Positions 38,530 through 48,825 of a stretch of 64,000 nucleotides of DNA are shown piece after piece. The DNA comes from Thalia democratica (taxonomy: Eukaryota). The position numbers and the translations under genes were made by a program. Positions within the stretch are counted from its first letter, which is position 1; each line of letters opens with the position of its first letter. The stretch covers positions 33,976,001 through 34,040,000 of the forward strand of contig OZ241832.1 in assembly GCA_965202585.1 (NCBI GenBank). Direction: 5' to 3'. The notes beneath the pieces were generated by a model, which saw only the letters and a program-made list of their open reading frames with translations, was not told the DNA's origin and searched no databases.

Positions 38530-39201
38530 GGGTAGCTGTCTAATTTTCACGAGCGTACAAAATTGCACGAGGGGACAAAATTGCACAAGTGCACAAAGTT
38601 GCACGTAGATGTTTTTGTACGAAGACTAATTTGCACGAGGGCAAAAAAATTGAACGAAGATAAAATTACACGAAAGGTTACTTATGCACGAAGACATTTT
38701 TACACTTGCAGATAATTTTACAGAGAAATTTTTGCTCGAGTTATTTTTTATTTTTTAATTTAGTTTTTTTTTTTACTATCACTGTTACCCCAAACTTTTA
38801 CCCTCGTACGGTAAGTTATTATTCTATTTTTTTATTTTTACTTTTATTATCACTGTTACCTCTAACCCTTACTCTCGGTCGGTAGCTTTTTTTATTTACT
38901 TTTTTTATAATAGTTTTTTTAAGTTATTTTGTCATCATTTTTATTACTATCACTGTTACCTAACCCTCGGTCAGTAACTGTATTTTCTTTTTCTTTTTTA
39001 ATTAAATTATCTAATAGTTTTTTTTTGTTTTATTTTTACTCTCGTGCAAAAATGTAACTCGTGTAAAATTGACCCTTGGTGCAAAATCGTCTTCGTGCAA
39101 TTTTTTTCCCTCGTACAAAATTGGCTTTGTGCAATTTTGTGCACTCGTGCAGTTTTGTTCTCGTGCAATTTAGTCACTTTGTGCAATTTAGACCCGTTCC
39201 C
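38530..39201. mobile_element. Non-autonomous Mutator/foldback-like element
   Basis: GGG-starting imperfect TIRs. 9-bp TSD ATGTATGTC / ATGTATATC (8/9). Long subterminal arrays of AAATTGCACGA on the left and TCGTGCAATTT on the right. Three internal copies of ATCACTGTTACC...CTCG. Confidence 0.82.
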
Positions 39202-40346
39202 ATGTATATCATCAGAGCAATGTGAACAAATAAAAAATGTGAAATGAATTGGAAGGTGTACGAAGTACAGTGATTTAAGCTACAATTGTACATTTTAGTT
39301 ATATGATGCTTCATGCTATTTATTTATCATGCATATTAACCTTTTGTACTAGTTTTTATTTCAAGAACTAACTTTTGAACTTAATAAATATGATCTTAAA
39401 TTGTTATAAGTATATGTACTGTCTAAAACATTGCTATGTAATACATTACATTTGTTTTGTTTGTTTCAAATGTATTGTTATACCTTTTATAAAAACACTT
39501 TATTTCAAATAGCCTTTTTTCATGAGAACTTTGTAATAAAACGAAAGCTTTTAAATTATGGTTTTCTCTTGTTTTAACTAACAGTCTGTTTATTAGCTTG
39601 TGCAGCTATGTGGCTACATTAAATTAACAAAGTACAAGCTGTCTGAAATATTGTATTTGATTTCGTTTAGATCCTTGCTTTTACGGATCTTCATACTTAC
39701 TTTTATTTCTAAAAGTATTTTTCTTCTAAAAACTTCTAAAAGAATGACAGTTTCTATTATTGTTTATAAACAATTTCATTGATGTTGTACTTAAATAATG
39801 TCTAAGCATAAACATCTCTTTGAGTATAGACCAGTTTTTATTATACTACCTGGCTACTGGTCATCAGCCTTTTAGTTTTAATATATATATTTAAAAGATA
39901 TTTAAGTGTTACTGAGCTCCATAGATGTAGCAAGCACAAATACTTATAGAGCTAAAAAAGTATATTTGAGAACTAAATAACCGAAGCTTATATTTCAGGC
40001 CCTTTAATAATTTTGAGCGTAGGTTTCTTTATCGTGCTAAATAAACTATTTCCTGGAAAATTTTATCGACTGTAATCAATTGATTTACAATAAAAATTAG
40101 TCTACAGCGGTGTTTGATAACCTAAAATTTAAACGTTATGGTATCTCAAGTCTCAATTGTCCTGTGCTAAGGATTTACGAAATAACTTTAAAATACTTTA
40201 CATTTTACAATCATAAAATGTAAACAAATAAATTATAATAAAATATTTATCATAAAAAAGTTAAATTTGACTTTTTTCCACAATATGTTTTCAGTTTAAA
40301 CTTAAAAGCTACTTCTTTTATTTAAACTAAAGAGAAAATATATTTA

Positions 40347-41259
40347 TAGTAACCTCTCGCTTATTTACGCACATTGTGTCCAAAGAAAAAATGCGTAAAG
40401 ATACGAAAGATCGTAAAGATACGAGAGGTACCAAATATACTTACTATAATGACTGTTTTTTGATATTGCTTCTCGTTAAAAGCAGACTGTGAACTTTCCA
40501 CTTTTAAAAGTTTGTTTACTTTATTCATAAATATGAAAAAAAAAAGATAAAACTATACATATATACATAAAAAAGAATTAAAATTTATATAAAGTTATAC
40601 TTGTAGAACAATTTTACTAATTTCTATAATAATTAGTGTTTTTCTTTATTTATATGTGACTTATTTGATACTTAACCGTTGTATTCTATTCTACTTTACA
40701 AATTAAATTTATAATTAAGCATTTGTTTGCAATTAAGAAATGGTGTGGTGTCTATATTAAATTTTGTTTCTATAGCCTTTAACAAAAATATACATTTAGT
40801 TCTATAATGAATTTCTTCTTTTGAGCAAAAATATCTAAAATATAAGAAAAATTTCCAATAAAAATTGTTTATGTTACTACAACTTTATTTTAGTTTGACC
40901 TTTGCCCACATAGGGATAAACTTGTCTTGCATTGTACTAAAGATATATTAATGGATATTTTAGTAGGAATGAAATTTTTTTATTTAATCTCTTATTGTTA
41001 ACAAAGTTTCTGATATATTGAGGTATAACTAAATGTTTATCAATTAGTCAAGGAACATAAGTTTACAAAGTCTAAAGATATAGAGAGGCGAGTTAGCATT
41101 TAAAAACATATTTTAAATTAAAAATAACAATAAATCTAATTTGTGTAATATTTAAAAAAAAATTTAATTTTAATATTTTGAATTTTTTAGAATTCTAAAA
41201 TGCGTAACTAAACGAAAGCCCGTAACGTCACGAGTGCGTAAAGATGTGAGAGGTTACTG
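40347..41259. mobile_element. Non-autonomous Tc1/mariner (pogo/Tigger-like) MITE
   Basis: 26-bp TIRs (T/C)AGTAACCTCTC...TTTACGCAC (22/26), TA on both flanks, subterminal TGCGTAAAGAT repeats. Confidence 0.82.
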
Positions 41260-41319
41260 TATTTAAAATTTTTCCTTTTCCTATTATATCATTTCAAACT
41301 TGAACCTTTTAAAATAGAT

Positions 41320-41605
41320 TAGAGACGAGTAACGTTTTTAGTTTGCGGACAATATGTGGAAAAAAAGTAACCTTTTGCGGGCCAGAGCATTTCGGTTTCA
41401 TTAATTTCAACAAAAGAATAACACTATATGTTTTTTTTTACTATATCTAGTGTAAGTTTAAAATCTCCCCTAAATTATACCTAAGGTCTTTTTTTCTGCC
41501 TTATCATTTCAAATTTTTTAAATTCTAGTATCAGTTTCACAGTTTAGTTTACATTTCGCGGGCTATTTTGCACATAAAACACTGCCGGGCGTTGCCCACC
41601 CCTTA
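41320..41605. mobile_element. Degenerate hAT MITE related to the 35739-36434 element
   Basis: Right end CGTTGCCCACCCCTTA, internal TTTGCGGGCCAGAGCAT matching the 35.8 kb copy, eroded left end, TSD not recognisable. Confidence 0.55.
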
Positions 41606-42044
41606 TGCTACAACAATATATCTAGAAAAAAGTCACTTATACAACTCTATATTTTACAAGGTAAATTTCTCGAAATTACTTAAAAAAATAAAGGTTTAGC
41701 TCCACAAAATTTTTCAAACACAACGTACTATAAAAAACTGATACAATATTTTTTTTTAAATAAGAATATGATTAACTGTAAAAGAATAATGCTACTTTTT
41801 AAAAAGTTTGTATTAATTTTTTAACCTGATAACGACAGTTTAGGCAGCTAATTAAATTAATAATACCTTTAGCTTACAACCTGTCTGTTCATATTTTACT
41901 CTTATTTCTGCACGAATCTTTCCTTTCAGGTTTAAAAAGACTGAACTGCAAACTAATAAGCAAACAAAAAACAAATTTATATGTTCATAGTTTTTTTCTT
42001 AGGTGTGTAGTTGTATAAAACAAATAAAAATTGATAAACTTACA

Positions 42045-45000
42045 ATGAGGTTAATTACCGAATAAGAAATCTCTATTACTCTTTCCTTAACTAGTTTGAA
42101 ATAAATTTACAAACATCAAATTCTAAATTGAATGCATATGACTAATTTTTTTAAGTTATTAGTTAGCTACAACAAAACGATTAAGGGTGTAAATTATGAT
42201 ACATTATTATACTTTCTGGATAACAACAAAAGTTCTCGATTTAAGTATAAGGAGAATGATAAAATTTTTTAGTTTAAAATTGTATTATTAACAAAATTTA
42301 AAATTTTGAATTGGAAAGCTTATTTTGATATTTTTTTTAGATAACGATTATTCAAAGTGTTTTCGTCATTTTGTTGACCATTGGATTTTCATACCTGTAT
42401 GTAAAACTAAAAAGTAAGTTTGCATCTTTTTTAACTTTTGAATAAAAATAGTAAAAAAATCTTTCGACTTTGTCAGGATTGTATGATGTTGTGGAAGTTA
42501 AAAAATCAAAAGCTGTCAAAGTTGCTCAGTACATTGATGAGCAATCTGCCAATAACAGTGTGGATAAAAACCTTCGAGAAGATTACTTTGATCTATATGA
42601 AAAAGGTTTAAACGTTTTAAAAGTGGTTTTTTGTACGTTTTGTCATAAATGGTAAAAGCATTGGTTAAAGAAATTTTTATAAACCTACAAATAAAATTGT
42701 TTTCTTCATACAACTGATTTTAAAACGGTCATTTTTATATTTATATTAAAAGTAATGTAAGTAAATAGTAAAGTACAGAAGACTACCGCTTAAGTACGCA
42801 AATTGAACCCGACCAAAAAGTGCGTACTTAGCACGGGTAGTGCGTACTTTTTGACGACATAGTATAATATGAAATTAAGTTGTTTGTTTTCTTTCTTACA
42901 ACTAGCTACCAAATAATTAAGCCAAATAAACAAGTCTTTTTATTTTAAATAACATTTAATACATAATTCTAATCTGCAAAATTCTTTGATAGATTTTAAA
43001 ATGAATTATTTTTTCTATAAAAAATTTCTACACAATTAATACATGCATTTTATATAGAAAGTCAATGTCAGTCAATGATATAAAAAAGACTATTAAGCCA
43101 TATTTTCCATATTTTGTTTTGTTAGATGGAAAGTAACAAACTACATTGTATTTACCAAGCATTTTCAAAACATCAATGTGTGTACATTTGAATAAAATTA
43201 TGACTTAACTATGTTGTATTTGTAAGTTTTTTTATCTTTGTCATCTAGATTTATTTGTTTTATAGCATTACAGCTAAAATATCATTATTCTTTTCACTTT
43301 TCTGCAGCCACTACATAAGTATTTAGTTTATTATCATTTAATGACAGGACTGTAACAATCTCAGGCCACTTAGACTACTCAGGATTGCTCACCCTAGTTT
43401 AAAAGTTGTGAAAGTCTCAGGCTTACTCAGCAGGTTGGCCATTTTTGTCTTTTTGGATAAGTGCGTACTTAAGGCGGGGTGCGTACAAAAAAAAGTGCGT
43501 ACTTAAGCGGTAGTATACTGTATGTATTTAAAATCACAAATGCTTGATGAAACTTTGCTTAGAATAGTTTATTTCAAGATTGTGTAATTTGGTTTTAGAA
43601 GTAAAAAAAGGTTTGTTTTAAACATGAAATTTAGTAGTTTTTAAAAATAAGAGATTATAGAAAAATTTTAAATGACAAAAAAATTTAGACTGGTTTTTTA
43701 GAGTTTAATTTAAAATCTATCTTAGTATTTTCTGTCGAACATCTTTAATTAAATAATTCCATGTTTCAGACTTTTCAAAACAAAACACTAACTTAGTGGG
43801 CAATGAGAATTTGTGTATTGACAGAAGACTACAGAACACTGAAAAAGGTACAAAACTAAAGAAATAACTTACCTCAAAAATGTTCAAGTTTAATTGATTC
43901 ATAGACTTGTAAAATGAGAAAAAACCTGAAAAATACACTTTCAGTTTATACCAAAAACAACATTCTTAATGATTTTTGTATAAACTTGCATATGATTAAA
44001 ATAAAGAATCGACTTTTGTTCAAATATCTTTTTCACTTAAAATTAAAACAATGCATTTAAATATTGTTGATACCAGCAGTTATTAAGTTTTATTTAGCTT
44101 TAAACAGTAGACATCAGGTGAACATTTTTCACAGCTAAAAGATAAAATAAATTTACTGCTATTGTTAAGGTTTAGTAAATAAATTGTTGCTATAAAATAC
44201 TATATATTAAAACATATTAAAAAATATTGAAAAGTAGCTTTAAAAAAAACAATAAAGAAATACTTTTACTACATTTCAATTATTTTTAAACAGTAAGTAA
44301 AAACTGTATATATTTGTGGGTAGGTGCGTTTTTTAAAGAAATCACGTAAACGAAATCATTTTATGTTTGTCTCTTCTGAGAAATACTTGATAAAACACAA
44401 TTAGTATAATACAACTTTATAAATAAATAAAAAAAAAGACTAGACATCAAAAAACTTTTTTAAATAACAAGAAAAATCAACAAAGGGAATGTATGCTTGA
44501 AGTTTTCTGAACAGCCCAATTACAAAACAACGAACCTCAAGTTCAACCGACAAGAAAACTACATTTGCCCTCTGCACGGTGAAAACACAAGACCTGGTCA
44601 CCTGACCTGGCCTACAATTCAAGTTAGTTTATTATAATATTCTGCTAGTACGGCGTTTCCTAAAGTACCAGGGTGAAATAAGTAGTTGGTAAGTATAATT
44701 AACTAGTAAACGAGTGATTTCTATTAAATTGCGACGATTTTTTTCAATTTCTAGCAAAAGTAGCGACTCTATGAGTTTGGGAAACCCTGTGCTAGAAAAT
44801 TTTAAACCTAGTATTCTTGTGGTGCATAAAAATATTAATTTCTGAATACCTCTCAACAATTAATAATAGTATTAAACAATGATGATGATTAAAAGCAGTT
44901 TATTGTTTCAAATACAATACTAAATTATAAAAGAAAGTGATGAGAAATTTCATCTTATTGTTTCTTTATAAAATTATGTTCTATAGGTTTTAAACTACCG

Positions 45001-47528
45001 AGGAAGTTTAGTAATAAAAGCAAGTCTAGTCATTCATAAAAAATCCTTCAGTATTCATCCTTACAAACTAGTTGGTGAAGATTGCAAAGACGGCACATTT
45101 GAACGCTTGTATGACGTAACAAATGGAGATTTTATAAAGTATATAGTAAAATTTATAACTTCAATTTTTTTGATGTTGTAATAAAACAGATATCTAGTGT
45201 AACACATACTACAATATAATTTAGCATATACTATAAATCAAAAAAAATGCAGCATATTTTTTACAGACTAAAACTAGCCATTAATAGCATTTCGCTAGAA
45301 GATTTTAAACAATTGGAAAAGTTTTCGGATGATCAGACCGAATCTGACTTTACTGTGTATGACCCGTCTAGATTGAGACTGAAAGTTGAAGCATTTTCAA
45401 ACGACATACTAATGGCAGAAGTTTTTTCAAGAGCTATTGAAGACACAGGTGGTTTTTATACTTATCATAGTTTTCAGAAAAATATAAGCTAAACATCTAA
45501 AAACAGTTAACTATGGTATATTATTTTGCAAATTAGTGAGCTAATAAAAACAAAAATTTTGTAAAGCGATTATAATGTTTCTTACTTTAAATAATCTGAC
45601 AGAAGTAACTATATCATATTTATTCCTAAATTAAAAAACAGAAACCATGTACAGGATATTGTTAATTAAGTATTTTGAGCTTAATAAATTATTTAGCTTT
45701 TGTTTATCCAGAGAAAAAAACTTTTTATTTACTTAATATAAAAGTTATAAAAATGCATCATTTTTGATAGCGTAATTATGTCTTACATTCGAAAAAAAAT
45801 ATTCCATGTTAATTTTTGTGCACACTACTGTGCATATTTTAACAAACACTACTTTGTTTTCAATACAAGTTGATTAAAACTAAATATGAAAAAAAAACAT
45901 ATTAGTTAAGATTTTATATTGTTTTCTGTTTAAGCTCCGCTTAACTAAAAAAACAAACTACTTTTTAGTTAATTTTAATGCTTAAAGTTACATATTATAC
46001 TATATGCATGAACATAACATATTTTAGACAGCACATAACGGCTTTATTCAGACAACTGTTTCATTATATTGTTAATTGAACGACAAAAACAAGCTCAAAA
46101 AGTCTAGTTAATGAACCTGGTGTACGAAAAAAAACCTTTCGGTTATCGAGTCGTTCACCAGAACAGTTTAGCATCATGTCCAGGACATTAGTCTTAACTC
46201 TTTACAATAAATTTTTAAGTCAGTCAAATTTTTATAAAAAAACCATAAACATACAAAACTTAAACATAATTAATGACATAATGATCATAACAAATTTTCA
46301 GTTTGTTATGTGTGTGTACGTTTTGACTTATATTTATGTTTTATATATTTCATATGACTTAAATACGAGTCAATTTTTTCAGACCAGTGAAAAAATGTCT
46401 TATGAAATTCAGGAAGTTTTATTTGAATCATATACTGGTCACAAATTTTTTTTTAGTTCTGAGCCTTTCTTTTCCCATAATTACCTAATAAAAAGAACTA
46501 TATAATATATATATATATATATTAGTTTAAACATGTTTTCGATTTTAGCCAAAAGTTTCATCATAAAAATAAAAACTTTATTTGACTTGCTGTTTTTAAC
46601 AGCTAACGAAAACTTCGAGGCTTCGATTTGTCAAAATACAATCCTGAAAGGAAAAGCTAAAGGAAATGAGGTTAGAAGCACGCTAACACCTTACCAGCTG
46701 CCTTACAACTTGAATAAAGGTTTTAACTGCTTAGAATAAATCATTAGTGAAAAAAACTGGTAACTTGTGGTAGGAAAAATTAGTTTAACGTAGTTCTGAG
46801 TTATAAAACTACAAAAAAAATATCGATGCTAAATCATGCTTGCTGAAAAAGTTTTTTTTTTCTAAAAAAAAAATTCAAAATATTTATATATTAACACTAA
46901 CATAACTATGCTTATTTTTAATTTGTACTGAAAAATCATGAATTCAAACAAGTTATTCAAAGTATATACTTTGAAAAAAATATTCAAATTAGTGTTTAGA
47001 AATTAAACCTTTTTTAAGTGACATATTATTTAGTAATAATAAGTGCTTATTTTCATCGATTTGTTGCAGATGATTTTGAAATAGTATTTCAATCGGAAGA
47101 TAAAGAATGGTGGGCTCTAGCAAAAGTTTTATCTGTAAACCACTTGATGAACAAAACAGTCAGTTTTTAGTTTAAGTTATCACGATGTTTTACAATTTTC
47201 ATTAGATTTGTTTTTTTACTAATTTATAAAAGCGGTTTTCGTCTATCTGATAGTTTATATTTTCAAAAAAAAAGAACTGTTATCAAAATTAAAGGAAATA
47301 TTTTTCATTTAGATTTTGAAAGAAGCTAAACAAATTTAAAGATTTTTAACCAGTTTTTTTAAGTTCAAACATCATAACCCCAAAAGTATAGTAAAATTTA
47401 CAATTTTACAGAGAATAGAATTTCTTACCCCATCATGCGGAGAGTGTTTAAACTGTTATTTCTATATAAGGCAGCATGGTTCTTCTGTTAGGGGAAAACC
47501 AACACCGTTTTGTTTCACTCATACTTGA
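42045..47528 (+). CDS. Divergent Rel/NF-kB homology domain (RHD-N + IPT) protein with predicted N-terminal transmembrane segment, ~355-370 aa
   Basis: Core exons 44987-45138 (VLNYRGSLVIKASLV...HPYKLVGEDCKDG, cf. RelA INGYTGPGTVRISLV...HPHELVGKDCRDG), 45267-45448 (YDPSRLRLKVEAF...VFSRAIED), 46603-46719 (ASICQNTILKGKAKGNEV), 47070-47158 (KDDFEIVF...WWALAK), 47412-47528 (RIEFLTP...PTPFCFTHT*). All GT-AG and in phase. N-terminal RHD exon ~44486-44622 (EQP...LHGE...TWPTIQ). Upstream in-phase exons 42341-42413, 42477-42605, 43770-43847. Start exons 42045-42049 and 42167-42188 are tentative. AATAAA at 47589-47594. Confidence 0.8.
42341..42413 (+). CDS. Exon encoding predicted transmembrane helix (ITIIQSVFVILLTIGFSYLYVKLK) of the Rel-like gene
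   Basis: Acceptor ttttttttag, donor gtaagt, phase 0->1. A 63-nt intron then leads to in-phase exon 42477-42605. Hydrophobic run of ~20 residues followed by KLKR. Confidence 0.65.
42776..43520. mobile_element. Non-autonomous Tc1/mariner (pogo/Tigger-like) MITE inside a predicted intron of the Rel-like gene
   Basis: 25-bp TIRs CAG(A/T)A(G/T)ACTACCGCTTAAGTACGCA (23/25), TA on both flanks, subterminal GTGCGTACTT repeats. Confidence 0.87.
46067..46161 (-). repeat. Second copy of hairpin-forming repeat, in a Rel-like gene intron
   Basis: Minus strand CTGGTGAACGACTCGATAACCGAAAGGTT...TCGTACACCAG...CGTTCAATTAACAATA. Confidence 0.75.
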
Positions 47529-48555
47529 GATTTATTACTTAATTTCATCTTTTTGTAGTTGTCATACTTTGCCTTGATGTTTATGATAAATAAAACAATC
47601 AATATCTATAATTAAACGTTTTTTATTAGAAAAAGATCAAAAACTATTATGTTTAACAAACATCTTAAATATAAATACAACTCTATTTGTTAGTAAGTTT
47701 AGTTTTTTTGTTGATAACTTTATACTTTTCGACATTAAATAAAGTTATACTCAAATCTTCAATAGTAATGAAGCATAAATAAATAAAGTAACAAAAAAAT
47801 CATAAATTAGTATTAAAAAGTGTTTTACTAATTAGTTTTTAAACAATGATAAAGTAGTTATGAAAATAAGTTGTTGATATTTTTTGTGGTTTTAAACCTT
47901 AAATTCATTTTCACTTATTAAAAAAAAAACTTTTTTTTTAACAAAAAATTTTTAATAAAAATATTAAATGTTTTTTTAAGTGAATTTTTATTAACTTAAA
48001 GTTGGCTATAGAAATAATTTTTATTTAGTATTTAAACTAATTAATTTTTAAGTAATTTTTTGTTTCATTTAAATCGATTTAGGCTTACATTAACAAAAAG
48101 TTATAACTGAGAGATCTCTATGTAAAGTAGACAGTTTATAACTGTTAATATAATTTTTTATTATACTATAGGGTTTTTCGTTTACTAACTAGTTAAGTAT
48201 ATAAAGATCTGAAAATAAATATTTGCAAAAATGGACGATACTATATAAATTCAAGGTGTATCATAAACATAAACTAGTGATAACGCCATTTAGGTGCAAA
48301 CAACCTGTGTCAATGATATCAATATTTTAGCAATAACCCAAATAGTTATTTGTGGTAGTAAGACTTATAACTGTATTCCAATACAACTTTAAGCTTTAAA
48401 CATATAAAGCCAGAATACTAAAACTCTTATCAATATGCTACAGCTTAAAAAAGATGGAGTTTAAAAAAATGTTAGTAAACGATTTGCACTAAAATAAACT
48501 TATTGAAATTACAATTAGGTTATGTACGGTGTATGAATTTAACAAAGCAAAGTTT

Positions 48556-48825
48556 TTATATTTTAACACAACAATGCAATACATAGTTGCTTGCGTGGGT
48601 GTAGGTAAGCCAATTTAAATGCTTTAGTTTCCTGAAAATTAGATAGCCAAGCTTCAAGTTGTCGTACACTCGAGGTCGATACTTGTCCAGTGGGACAAGA
48701 CCTGTCACGGAGTGCAGAGCATTGCGGGTCAATAGGCCGAGGCTCGACCCTTGCTCTAACAGTCGGTTACTGACTCGTCTTGTAAAGTTAAGCTCACTCT
48801 CATTACTAGTGGTAGTACTAGCCAT
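48556..48825 (-). other. Unassigned 89-codon ORF in a GC-elevated island
   Basis: ATG in CATCATGG context, open frame with mixed composition, possible donor TAT|gtattg near its 3' end. No family recognised. Confidence 0.3.

Noticed and set aside
38560-39190. Regularly repeated AAATTGCACGA units suggesting a CRISPR-like array
   Set aside because: Eukaryotic context, no unique spacers, orientation flips across the element; they are transposon subterminal repeats
39600-40080. Hydrophobic plus-strand frames suggesting a small membrane-protein gene
   Set aside because: Needs a ~40-nt intron, and hydrophobicity follows from T-rich codons; no homology recognised
46383-46437. 55-nt exon-like segment in the Rel-like gene intron
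   Set aside because: Phase 0->1 does not fit the flanking phase 1/1 exons; direct 45448|46603 splicing already gives the expected RHD-IPT linker length
47429-47484. Minus-strand exon-like segment with strong acceptor and gtaag donor
   Set aside because: Lies antisense to the terminal IPT exon, which has clear family homology; no partner exons found
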